Assembly (NCBI GenBank): GCA_964016885.1
Contig: OZ024745.1
Coordinates: 37,820,001-37,884,000 of the forward strand
DNA: 64,000 bases
Direction: 5' to 3'
From: Eledone cirrhosa
Taxonomy: Eukaryota
A program made the position numbers and the translations under genes. Position 1 is the first letter of the stretch. Each line of letters starts with the position of its first letter. Below the pieces are notes generated by a model that ran no database searches, was not told the DNA's origin, and saw nothing but the letters and a program-made list of their open reading frames with translations. This document shows positions 26,180 through 36,989 of the stretch, in pieces.

Positions 26180-26900
26180 TATTCTCGGCAAGATTTTCCC
26201 GGCGGGAACGACACGTTTAGCTTCCAATAACCGGGGCGCTGTCTCTGACACCTATGTCGACTGTACAGATTATTGACTTGTGGACTGCGTAGTTAACTAC
26301 GTTAACATGCTGATAACCTAAGCTGGCTTAATTAATTCCCTATAAAATACACTGTGAAAGTACGATCTGGATGACCCGATGTCATTGGAATATGTCCACA
26401 TTGACACATTCTGGAAATCCAATTAGTAACAGCCAAAATGTTTAAAATGTCTGACTACGTTTGTGAGTCTTTTACACCCTCTTCCCCTATCTGCTAGCCC
26501 CACCCGGTCCCACAGCGGGATGTTCCTAGAAATGTGTACAGGCGCCTGAGGAAATCAGGCTGTCCTACCTCTCTCGGTGCACAGATGTTGCTGGTTACGT
26601 CCAGTGCCATCAACATACCTTCTGGTATCAGGAAGATGGTCCGTATCTGAAGAACTCGGCAATTCTGAAACATCACAGCAATTCCGCCTCCAAATCCTTG
26701 ACAGCTTGAACATTCGTACAACTCATAGCCGCCGAAGATGAGTGCGAAGGTTTCTGCTCTCACTGATGCCCATCACATCTATTTGTGACCAGAGCTCGTT
26801 GAGCAAGTAGCCTTGCTTCCAAGACGACTCCTGGCTACGTGCATTTACACTGCCAATCCTGAGCAAGGCCATATTTAACGAAGTGAAGGAAAAAGTGAAA
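26180..26900 (-). mobile_element. decayed Tx1-type LINE fragment (APE domain, ORF2 start)
   Basis: MALLRIGSVNARSQESSWKQGYLLNEL and AETFALIFGGYELY...PDFLRRLYTFLGTSR are homologous to the ORF2 N-terminus at 36954. Confidence 0.88.
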
Positions 26901-27624
26901 AGGATAATGATCTTAATTGGAGAGAGGAGTTCGATTCGACCCTCCAGCAAGTCATGGGCATCTCGACAAGAATGTCAACATACATCCTTTTGATATTGTT
27001 GCTTGGAAATCTCTAATTGCATCAGGGAATTTTGTTTAGGGTTGTGTGTATTTTTGGTCTATTGTAAATATTTTTACGTGTCGTATGTGCGAATGTTTTG
27101 AAATAATGTAATTTTTTCTATAATGGTTACGTTGTGCTGTATGTGGTGAATATATTGGTGTTGATATTGGTGTTGTGTGTTCTATGGCTGTGATTCTTTT
27201 GCGTGTTCTCTCTTTTTGAGGGAGTTGATAGGTTTTTTTCTATTTTACATTGTCGATGATAATGCTATGTATGATAGAGACAATGATAGTAATAAGGTTG
27301 GTAATGATAATGATAATTGTAGATGCAGTTTGGATACTCTATTTGTGCTGGCTGGAGAAAATGATATTTATTATAAAGAACGTCATCACTATCATATTCC
27401 TCCTCCTCCTCCTCCACCTCATTGATCAACAGAGACAACTTCATTACCACAACCACCATCAACACAAACCCCCACCACCATCACCACCACCACCACCACA
27501 ACTCCCACCACCATCACCACCAGCAGCACAACAAATACCAACACTACCAACGCGACCACCATTACAATTACTGTGACTTGATTTTTAAGTCAATGATTAT
27601 GTTGGTTTCTAATTTTTGGCATAA

Positions 27625-27820
27625 CGCTAGCAATTTTGGTGGAGGTGTTAGTGGATTAAATCGATCTGAGTTCTTGGCCGGTTTTTTATTTTAACGATCC
27701 CGAAAGGATAAAAGGCAACGCTGACCTAGGCGGGATTTTATCTTAGAACGTAAAACGCCAAAACTAAATACTATGAGGCATTTTGTCTAAAGCACTAATG
27801 ATTCTGTCAATCTACCGCCC
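27625..27820 (-). mobile_element. diverged tRNA-derived SINE directly after the GPCR tail exon
   Basis: Recognisable gatcccgaaaggataaaaggca...cggg attt...ccgccc frame of the same SINE family. Confidence 0.65.
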
Positions 27821-27850
27821 TAAAGTCAATTAATATAAAGAAACCATTAC

Positions 27851-28071
27851 CTCAGTAACCTGGACACAGGTGTGTTGCCGTAGTACTCCGCACGAAGATC
27901 TGGTCATGTCAGACTGGTTACCTACAGATAAAGCTCTTACAAAAACGCTTTTTAAAACGGCTCTCTTAAAATGTGTAGTCATAATAGTGTAGATGAGTGG
28001 ATTAATGGCACTGTTGATTGGCAGAATGAAGATTGCTAACCAAGCGTAGAGATCGTCACTGATATGATAGC
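27851..28071 (-). CDS. TM7 / cytoplasmic tail exon of the LRR-GPCR
   Basis: Acceptor taatttcag in phase 1, matching the upstream donor. Encodes GYHISDDLYAWLAIFILPINSAINPLIYT (NPxxY). The 3' end is either the donor GAG|gtaatg at 27851 or read-through to the stop at 27830. Confidence 0.9.
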
Positions 28072-29481
28072 CTGAAATTATAATAAAGAAAACAACAGCA
28101 TTGAGGAGCAAGATGACGATAATAATGTTGGTGAAAACAATGAGAGAAAAGTGATAGTGTGAGTAGGAGAACAAGAAAGACGGTCAGAAAAAAAGAGGAG
28201 AAAGATTACACTGGCCAACAAATATTTTGTTGACAGGCTTTTTTTGTTGTTTTTAGTTAATTTTGAGGTGCTGATATCAAATATGGTATCTATTTTTTCA
28301 TAACACATTAGGTTTTCATTCGATAGCACACCCCTATTTTATTATACACTGTATGATTTTGTTGACCAGTGTTATTGTTTATGATGTATGCCGAATGAAA
28401 AAAAAATAATTTTGCTTGATGCCCACTTAGGAATGTTTAAGTTAACGTCAAATTGTTAATTAAAATCATTATGCAGCGAGGAAAAGACAATATTAGCTTC
28501 ACGATTGAAATATAGGATGCATCTGTGGGTAGGAGAAGTATCAGTGGTAATAGCGATAGAAGAAAAATCAGTAACAGCGCAGCCGCAAATATTTGATAAG
28601 TCTTCTCGTGTGGATACAAATGGTGCTTTTTAGACAGAATGAAATAATTTGGAGACTTTAAGAAAAAGTTTAGGTTTTTGGAAATCAGTTTCGCAATGTT
28701 ATAGACTCAGTGCAATTACGTGGCTAAACACAGTGGAAGTCAATCGGATGGATTGTATCTGAAATTCAAATCTCCAGGTTTGTCACAAACTGTCACGCTA
28801 AAGCCGCCTGAGAATTATGTTACAGTTACACAGGTTTATTGAATACTCAGCCATTTATATGTTAATTGACAAATCAAATTTTCCATTAATGGAACAAATG
28901 AATGCTAATCCTCGAAACCAATGGAGACTCCAATATATTCAGAGCTGAAGTTGGAAGGAAAAGTTTTAAACTGTGGTAATTAGCATTTGGAGCATATATA
29001 TGTTTTCCTTCATTGCATAGGCAGTATTATTTAAAGTTCATTTTCCATGCTGGCATGAGTTGACCACATTGTGACCGACCAATACTTGACTGGTTGGAGA
29101 GACCACATCTTTCACGCACGCTCTCTTACTTTAGAATAGTTTCTACGGCTGCATGACTTCCTAACGCCAGCCAATTTACACAGACGAATCTGTGGCTAAA
29201 CAAAACTTGATATTTCCTTAAACAAGATAGGGACAGGAACAGCCAATAAGCCGTGGAACACGTGAAAGCAATTTCAATATTTTTGTTCACAAATGTAATA
29301 TTAATGGATTTACATTTGCTTACGTCTTTGTAGTGGGTTATGTAATTTAAGCTGCTGACATTCCTACATTAGATTTATATCAAAACAACAGAAAAGGTTA
29401 AAGGAAAATATTTGAAGCAGATATAAAAAAAAAACATGAAACGAAGAAATATAAAGAAATTATACAAAACAATAGACTTAC

Positions 29482-30320
29482 CTGTCAGAGCCACGGTTTT
29501 TACAGTTATTATAGGAACCCAACACATAAAGTCAGTAAGGACGATAAGAGAGAACCGCTTCATAATAAGATGATCATGATTTTCACGATTTGTTCGGAGA
29601 GACATGGCAGACTTACGGATGTTGCAAAACATGACGAAATAGGCATAGCAGATGAATATAAAAGCCAACACAGTTATACCAAGATATAGAAATGCCGAGT
29701 ACTCCCACCCTTTGATGAAAGGTTCATGTATGTGCAAAGGAAGACACACAGCGTTATTCCGATAGAAATGTTCACCGAAATAAGGTATGTCAAGAACTGG
29801 CAGTACGGCAATAAGAAAATTAGCAAGCCACATGGAAATTATTAAGAAATATGCTGTTTTTCGCCCACATTTGTGTAATGAAAATGGATAGACGACATTT
29901 ATGTATCGATCTAATGTAATGAGAACAACAGTAAAAACAGACATTTCAGTGCTAACTGTTGAGATCACGCCGCAGCTGTTGCAAAGCCATGAATATCTCC
30001 ATTGTTGATCATTCGATAAATATTTCCCACGATAATACATGTCTTTTGAAGCGACAGTCAATAAATAAACACCCATCAGCATATCAGCCAAAGCCAAGTT
30101 TTGTATGTAAAAAGAGTGGACTTTGTTGTCTTCGTTAATGCAAAAACGTCCAAGTAAGACGAGACAGTTTCCCAACACACCGACTATACCGATCACCCAC
30201 ACACCAACACGTAACACTGGGTTTTCAATAAGATTCTTTGTACTGGATAATCCATCGCCTTTTGGATTACACACTCGTACGTGCAAAGCGTAAATACAAG
30301 TGTAAAACACAGTGAAATGT
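29482..30320 (-). CDS. hinge plus TM1-TM6 exon of RXFP1/2- or Lgr3/4-like relaxin-family receptor
   Basis: Lies within ORF 29375-30409. Motifs: hinge CIYALHVRVCNPKGDGLSS, GNCLVL, NLALADMLMG, ITLDRY, CLPLHIHEPF..GWEYSAF, TDFMCWVPI. Acceptor ttttcag at 30321-30322, donor gtaagt at 29481. Confidence 0.95.
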
Positions 30321-30340
30321 CTGAAAATAATAATAATAAT

Positions 30341-30391
<51 letters not shown>

Positions 30392-30392
<1 letters not shown>

Positions 30393-30600
30393 CTTTCTTT
30401 ATTAACCACAAGGGTTTATACAAAGTAGACATTAAGGACAGTACAGGACAATACAGGACGGAACAAATGGACATTTCTGCGTGTAAAAAAAAGAAAAAAA
30501 AAGAGGATGTAATAAAAGAACAATGAAAAATTCCCCAATAGGGGGGAGACTTCGGAGGGCCATCGTGGAGAAAGCCCATTAAAAAAAGCCACGGTGACCC
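30392..30600 (-). mobile_element. 5'-truncated Tx1-type LINE (3' UTR only)
   Basis: Close match to 33272-33490, ending in the (TTA)n tract at 30326-30391. Confidence 0.9.
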
Positions 30601-30624
30601 TTATTATTAATAATAATAAAAAAA

Positions 30625-31829
30625 ATCACATCTAAATAGTAGGAATGTCATAAGTGCAGTGAATTCCCGAGCTGTGTCTATTATTAGGTACAGTGCGGGA
30701 ATTCTGAAATGGAATGTTGCTGGACAAAAAGAAATGGATAAGAAGACTAGGAAGCTATTGACTATCTACAACATGTTCCACAAGAGGAGTGATGTCGATA
30801 GACTCTACTTAAAGAGATCTGAAGATGGAAGAGGTCTTATCAGCATAGAGGACTGTGTTCAGATGGAGAACAACAACCTGCACAAATGCGTGACCGACAG
30901 TAGGGAGCCAATGCTCAGAAGTGTACTGAAGGAGAGAACAATAGACCAGGGGATGTCCAAGGAGGAAATAACAACAAGGAGGAAGAGCAACCTTCATGAA
31001 AAATCCCTTCATAGTACCTTCTTTGAGAAAACTGAATTTAGAGATCCACAGACATGGAACTGGTTAAAAAGAGGAGACCTTAAAAAGGCTACAGAAGGAA
31101 TGCTAATGGCTGAGCAAGAGTAGGCACTCAGAACGAAGTGGGTGAAACATCATATTTACAAGGAGGAGGCTAGCCCACTGTGTAGGATCTGTGGAGAGAG
31201 AGAGAGGAGACTGTGGTTCACATTGTATCCGAGTGTAAACACCTAGCCCAGACTCACTATAAAGGCTGGAGACATGATGTGATAGGCAGGGTGATCCACT
31301 GGTACCTATGCAAAGTAAACAATTTACCACATTATGAGAAGTGGTATGAGCATAAGCCAGAGTCGGTGATAGAAAACGATCAGGTGAAGGTGCTATGGGA
31401 TTTTAGGATACAGACGGATAAGAAACTGGAACACAATAGGCTTGACCTGGTGGTTTTGGACAAGGAAAAAAGATGGTGCCTGGTTGTAGATGTAGCCTGC
31501 CCATTTGACACGAGAGTGCAAGAAAAGTAGAGGGAGAAAATTAACCGATACCAGGACTTAAAGTGGGAGGTAAAAAGGATTTGGAACTGCCATGAAGTCA
31601 GAGTCGTCCCGATTGTCATAGGCGCACTAGGTACTATCTCAAAGAGTTTCAAAGGATGGTTAAAGAAAGTTAGTCCAGCCCCGCTTTTTGGAACACTTCA
31701 AAAGGCATGCTTGCTGGGAACAGCAAGAACCCTCCGATACGTCCTGAATATCTGAGGCTGCAGGTAGCGGCTTGATATTCATTTCAACAAACTTTCCAGT
31801 TAAATAACATCAATGACTGAGACTCAAAG
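30625..31829 (+). mobile_element. 5'-truncated R4/Dong-like non-LTR retrotransposon
   Basis: RLYLKRSEDGRGL, CRICGE..HIVSEC (CCHC), RHD, and LWDFRIQTD..LDLVV..DVACP restriction-like endonuclease. Contains stops and a frameshift. Ends in (AAC)n(AAT)n. Confidence 0.9.
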
Positions 31830-31847
31830 AACAACAACAACAAAAAC

Positions 31848-31880
<33 letters not shown>

Positions 31881-31882
<2 letters not shown>

Positions 31883-32152
31883 TTTCTTTATTAACCACAA
31901 GGGTTTACATAAAGTAGACATTAAAGACAGTACAGGAAAATACAGGACGGTACAAACGGGCATTTCTGCGTGTAAAAAACAAAAACAGAGGATGTAACAA
32001 AAAAATAACAATGAAAAATTCCCCAATAGGTGGGAGACTTCCGAGGGAAATTCGTGGAGAAAGCCCATTAAAAAGCCACAGTGACCCTGACCACCAGGGC
32101 AAGTGCCCTCTCCCAGTTTTCCACCTTTAATTTACAGACACATACTCAGAGT
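31881..32152 (-). mobile_element. 5'-truncated Tx1-type LINE (3' UTR plus last ORF2 codons)
   Basis: Matches 33272-33553 and has (AAT)n on both sides. Confidence 0.9.
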
Positions 32153-32188
32153 AATAATAATAATAATAATAATAATGATAATAATAAT

Positions 32189-33216
32189 GGGAATATAGAC
32201 TCTACCTAAGGAGATCTGAAGATGGAAGAGGTCTTATCAGCATAGAGGACTGTGTTCAGATGGAGAAAAACAACCTACACAAATACGTGACTGATAGTAA
32301 GGAGCCAATGCTCAGAACTGTACTGAAGGAGGGGACAATAGGCCAGTGGATGTCCAAGGAGGAAATAATATCAAGGAGAAAGAGCAGCCTTCAGGAAAAA
32401 TCCCTTCATAGTACCTTCTTTGAGAAAACTGAATTTAGAGATCCACAGACATGGAACTGGTTGAGAAGATGAGACCTTAAAAAGGCTGCAGAAGGAATGT
32501 TAATGACTGCGCAGGAGCAGGCCCTCTAAACGAATTGGTTGAAACACCATATTTACAAGGAGGAGGCTAGCCCACTGTGCAGGATCTGTGGAGAGAGAGA
32601 GGAGACTGTGGCTCACATTGTATCCGAGTGTAAACACCTAGCCCAGACCCACTATAAGGGCTGGAGACATGATGTGATGGGCAGGGTGATACACTGTGCA
32701 AAGTAAACAATTTACCACATTCTGAGAAATGGTATGAGCATAAGCCAGAGGCGGTGATAGAGAACGATCAGGTGAAGGTGCTGTGGGATTTTAGGATACA
32801 GACGGACAAGAAACTGGAACACAATAGACCTGACCTGGTGGTTGTGGACAAAGAAAAAAGATCGTGTCTGATTGTGGATGTGGCCTGCTCATTCGACACG
32901 AGAGTGCAAGAGAAGGAGAGGGAGAAAATTAACCGATACCAGGACTTAAAGTGGGAGGTAAAAAGGATTTGGAACTGCCATGAAGTCAAAGTGATCCCGA
33001 TTGTCATAGGCGCACTGGGGACTATGTCCAAAAGTTTCCAGGGATGGTTAAAGAAAATCGGCCCCTTCACGCTTTTTGGAACGCTTCAAAAGCCATGCTT
33101 GCTGGGAACAGCAAGAACCCTCCGATACGCCCTGAATATCTGAGGCTGCAGGTAGTGGCTTGATATTCATTCCAACGGACTTTCCAGTTAACTAACATCA
33201 ATGACTGAGATTCAAG

Positions 33217-33217
<1 letters not shown>
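32189..33217 (+). mobile_element. second 5'-truncated R4/Dong-like element
   Basis: Same family as 30625-31829. ORF 32754-33143 carries NRPDLVV..DVACSFD (PD-D/E-xK endonuclease). Flanked by (AAT)n. Confidence 0.9.
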
Positions 33218-33273
<56 letters not shown>

Positions 33274-33534
33274 TTTCTTTATTAACCACAAGGGTTTACA
33301 TAAAGTAGACATTAAGGACAGTGCAGGACAATGCAGGACGGTACAAATGGGCATTTCTGCGTGTAAAAAAAACAAAAACAGAGGATGTAACAAAAATAAC
33401 AATGAAAATAACAATGAAAAATTCCCCAATAGGGGGGAGACTTCGGAGGGACATTTGTGGAGAAAGCCCAGTAAAAAGCCACAATGACCCTGACCACCAA
33501 GGCAAGTGCCCTCTCCCAGTTTTCCACCTTTAGT

Positions 33535-36500
33535 TTACAGATATATACTCAGAGTCGGCCCATTCACTCGGGCCATTCTTGCTTCTCTCACCCATCTTTC
33601 AACAAAATGCTGGGAAGAGAGCACTTCCTTCTCTACTCTGATTTTCCTTTTCAAATGAAATTTGAAAAAGTCAATCAGAGCATCACCGAAGAGGTAAGTG
33701 CTCGTCTTCAGCCCTTTCAAACGTGTCCACCATACTATCTCTTTCGCCATGGCCACCAGACAGATAAAAACTGCCTGCCCTTCCCGGCTAAAGGAGGAGG
33801 GCGGGGCAATCCTCACGATAGACTCAGATGATAGCTGGATCCGTCCTAAACGCGACAGCAGGTGTTCGACATAAACCCACAAGTCAGCAATTTTCGGACA
33901 CTGGACGAGTGCGTGCAGGACGGTTTCGTCGCCCTGCGCGCATCTCGGACATGCCCGGCTGACGGCACCTCCATGCCTGTAGAGTTTATCCCGAACTGGC
34001 AAGGCTCCTCGGTAGCACTGCCAGGCCAGAGATTTCTGGAAGTTGTCCATAGGCCCTGGCCCGAAGGTTCTTCCGAAGAGATTGGCTAGTTGATTTTCGT
34101 CGACGCCTAGAGTTTCCCCAAGTACGTCGTCGCTCTTCCCCTCCACTAATCCTCTATAGAACGCCGAGGTGGAGTTTCCACCGATCACATTGCCCGATTG
34201 GTCGAGGGCTGTGAGCGCCTGAAGACATTCCAGTCTCCAGGCGCTCCCTCTCGGTCTTCGCTTGACCCAGGACTGCAGCTCCGTCAAGGAAACGAGCTGG
34301 GGAAAAACGCGTCTAGCAAACGGCGACCACACCTGATCACCGTCGAGGAAGAGGTGGAGATGTCGTAGCCTGAGCGCGTGCCTGCGCATCATCAGCCACG
34401 GCATGCCCAGCCCTCCACGTAGCGGGTGTTGACAACAGATGGACCGCCTGACCATCGGAGCACGTCCCTTCCACAAAAAGCGAAAGAGCAAACGCTCCAG
34501 CGCAGTCAGGCGAGGCTTAGGACAAGGTACGACGGTTAGGCGGTAGCAGATGACAGACGCGATGTACGCGTTAGCCACCTCCGCTCGACCTTTCAGGGAT
34601 AGCTTCCTCTCCGCCCATTTCTGGGTGAGAGAAGCCACCCTGCTCGTCACCTCGTCCCAGTTTTTGTCCGTCTGGAGGTCCGGACCGAACCAGACCCCTA
34701 GCAATTTAACCGGTCCGTCCGTCCAGCGCCCGACGACGCTGTTGGACGGCATGGACCTGCCTCTCCAGGTGCCGAGCTGCAGGCCCACTGACTTTTCCTG
34801 GTTGATCATTGCTCCTGTCACCGCTTCGTATTCTCTTAGTGTAGTGCCGATCGCCTCGATGTGTTTGGCGTTCGACACCACTACGGTGACATCGTCCGCA
34901 TATGCTGACACGGATCTTCCGCATCCTAGTTCGCGCGGGACTCCCCTCAACGTCTCCAGTTTGTGCAGTAATGGCTCGAGAGTCAATACGTACAAGAGGG
35001 ACGAGAGGGGACATCCTTGGCGGACCGAGCGCATGATGTTGAACGGTTCCGACAGGTGACCGTTCACTCTCACCACAGAGCAGATGTCGCTGTGCATGGC
35101 AGCGATCCAGCCTCTGAAGACGGGCCCAAAGCCAGCCGCCCTCAGGACTGCCGCTAGGTAACGATGGTCGACCCTATCGAAAGCTTTCGACTGATCTAAA
35201 TTGATCAAGGACCCACCCGTGCCAGGTTCCCTAGCTACCCTCTCTACGATGTATCGCATGAGGTGGAGGTTGTCGTGGATGGATCTGTCGGGAATGGCGC
35301 ATGTCTGCGCCTCTCCCACCAGACCACCAACGACAAGCGCCAACCTCTTTGCTAGCACCTTGGCCAAAATCTTAAACTCTGTGTTTAGCAGAGTTATGGG
35401 CCGGAAATTGTCTATGTTATCCCCCTTGTTCGGATCCTTTCTCAGCAGTGCCACCGCTCCTCGGCTCACAGAACTGGGAATTCTCCCGTTCTGTTGCCAG
35501 TTGCAGTAGACGTCCGCCAAGAGGCCTCCGAACAAGTCTGGCATCTGTACGTAAAGTTCATAGGGCAGACCATCCAAACCAGGCGATTTACCCCTTGTGC
35601 AGCCAGTCATTGCCTCCCTTACTTCAGCGGCTGTTATCGGCTTTTCGCAACACTTCGCCTCAGTGGCCGAGAGCCGCGGCAGTCCGTCGAGGTAGACACT
35701 AAAGTCCATCCCTCTACCCGGCCCCCCGCTGCCCCCGAACAGCTGAGCGAAGTGTCGCTGAAAAGCTTCACACATTTGCCCGGGATCGAGTAGCATGCGC
35801 CCGTCGTGGTCCACCAAAGACCGGATCGTGGCTTTGTTGCCACGACGCGCCTCCGCCACTCGGGCCCATTGAACGGCTTTCGTCCCCTCGTGTCTGAGAG
35901 CACGCACCCTAGCTCTGACAACGCAGCCTTCGTGCTTTGCATTGAAGAATTGGTCAAGGGCCAATTTCGCCGCAAGCACGTCGGTCGCAATGCCTTTGCT
36001 AAGCGCCTCGTCTAATTTTCTAACTAGTTCTCCCTCTGCTCTATTTTTCTCTATTGCTAAAGCCTTACTAAACCTAATCGATTCTATTCTAATCGCTCTT
36101 TTCAGAGCAAACCACCACTTGTTGTTGACGATGGCCCCCGTCAACGCCCGCTTAACTAGTTCGCTAATCCGGTCTCTGTAGGCCTTGCGCGCTGGTAAGG
36201 ACGCGTTTAGCTTCCAGTAGCCGGGTCCTCGTCTATGAAGCCTATCTAAGTCAAGCACACAGATCACGAATTTGTGGTCCGTGTAGCTGACTATCTTGAA
36301 TTGTGGACAGCCTATGCTAGACCTATCTATTTCCCTACAAAATACTCTATCTAGATATGATCTGGATGACCCTATGCGGTTTGTCCAAGTCCACATTGGC
36401 ACATTCGGGAAATCCAATCGGTACCTGTCAGACAGTTCAAAACGCCTGAGCAGGTTGGTGAGGCTCTTGCACCCTCCACCCCTATCCGCTAATCCCACAC

Positions 36501-36954
36501 AGTCCCAGCGTGCATCTAAGATCCCGTTCCAGTCGCCCACTAACACTAAAGAGCGCGACGTTCCAAGAAAGGTCTCCAGACGCCGGAAGAAATCAGGCCG
36601 CCCTGCTCCTGTCGGGGCATAGACGGCCACTAGCCTGAAAGCTTGCCCGTCTCCGCTGGTCACGTCCAGCACCACCAGCTTACCCTCTGGGTCCAGGAAG
36701 ATGGCCCGTATGGCGAGATCCAAACCTCTCCGAAAAAGCACAGCAACTCCTCCACCCGATCCAGGACGGCTGGGAGATGCGTACACATCGTAGCCGCCGA
36801 AGATCGGTGCGAAGGCCCGTGCTTCGGAGATTCTGGTCTCGCTGATGGCCACTACATCTATGTTTAGTGACCTGAGGTCGTTGAGCAGGTGACCCTGCTT
36901 CCATGACGACCCCAAGCCACGCGCATTTATGCTGCCTATTCTGAGTGAGGTCAT
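33535..36954 (-). CDS. LINE ORF2: AP endonuclease, reverse transcriptase and C-terminal zinc finger
   Basis: 1139-aa uninterrupted ORF. APE motifs SINARGL, SETR, VYAP, GDWN, LDRVF, TDH; RT motifs KSPGLDG, FRPITLLN, DQSKAFDRV, QGCPLS, YADD; zinc finger CPRC..ETVLHALVQC. Confidence 0.97.
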   Translation of the reverse strand: MTSLRIGSINARGLGSSWKQGHLLNDLRSLNIDVVAISETRISEARAFAPIFGGYDVYASPSRPGSGGGVAVLFRRGLDLAIRAIFLDPEGKLVVLDVTSGDGQAFRLVAVYAPTGAGRPDFFRRLETFLGTSRSLVLVGDWNGILDARWDCVGLADRGGGCKSLTNLLRRFELSDRYRLDFPNVPMWTWTNRIGSSRSYLDRVFCREIDRSSIGCPQFKIVSYTDHKFVICVLDLDRLHRRGPGYWKLNASLPARKAYRDRISELVKRALTGAIVNNKWWFALKRAIRIESIRFSKALAIEKNRAEGELVRKLDEALSKGIATDVLAAKLALDQFFNAKHEGCVVRARVRALRHEGTKAVQWARVAEARRGNKATIRSLVDHDGRMLLDPGQMCEAFQRHFAQLFGGSGGPGRGMDFSVYLDGLPRLSATEAKCCEKPITAAEVREAMTGCTRGKSPGLDGLPYELYVQMPDLFGGLLADVYCNWQQNGRIPSSVSRGAVALLRKDPNKGDNIDNFRPITLLNTEFKILAKVLAKRLALVVGGLVGEAQTCAIPDRSIHDNLHLMRYIVERVAREPGTGGSLINLDQSKAFDRVDHRYLAAVLRAAGFGPVFRGWIAAMHSDICSVVRVNGHLSEPFNIMRSVRQGCPLSSLLYVLTLEPLLHKLETLRGVPRELGCGRSVSAYADDVTVVVSNAKHIEAIGTTLREYEAVTGAMINQEKSVGLQLGTWRGRSMPSNSVVGRWTDGPVKLLGVWFGPDLQTDKNWDEVTSRVASLTQKWAERKLSLKGRAEVANAYIASVICYRLTVVPCPKPRLTALERLLFRFLWKGRAPMVRRSICCQHPLRGGLGMPWLMMRRHALRLRHLHLFLDGDQVWSPFARRVFPQLVSLTELQSWVKRRPRGSAWRLECLQALTALDQSGNVIGGNSTSAFYRGLVEGKSDDVLGETLGVDENQLANLFGRTFGPGPMDNFQKSLAWQCYRGALPVRDKLYRHGGAVSRACPRCAQGDETVLHALVQCPKIADLWVYVEHLLSRLGRIQLSSESIVRIAPPSSFSREGQAVFICLVAMAKEIVWWTRLKGLKTSTYLFGDALIDFFKFHLKRKIRVEKEVLSSQHFVERWVREARMARVNGPTLSIYL

Positions 36955-36989
36955 GTTTAAAATAGAGTGGAAAAGATGGGAAAGACCAC

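Noticed and set aside
27400-27560. Poly-His/poly-Pro ORFs
   Set aside because: (CCT)n and (CAC)n trinucleotide repeats without splice or homology support.
30321-30409. N-terminal MVNKESIIII extension of the 344-aa ORF
   Set aside because: Intronic (TTA)n and LINE tail upstream of the splice acceptor.
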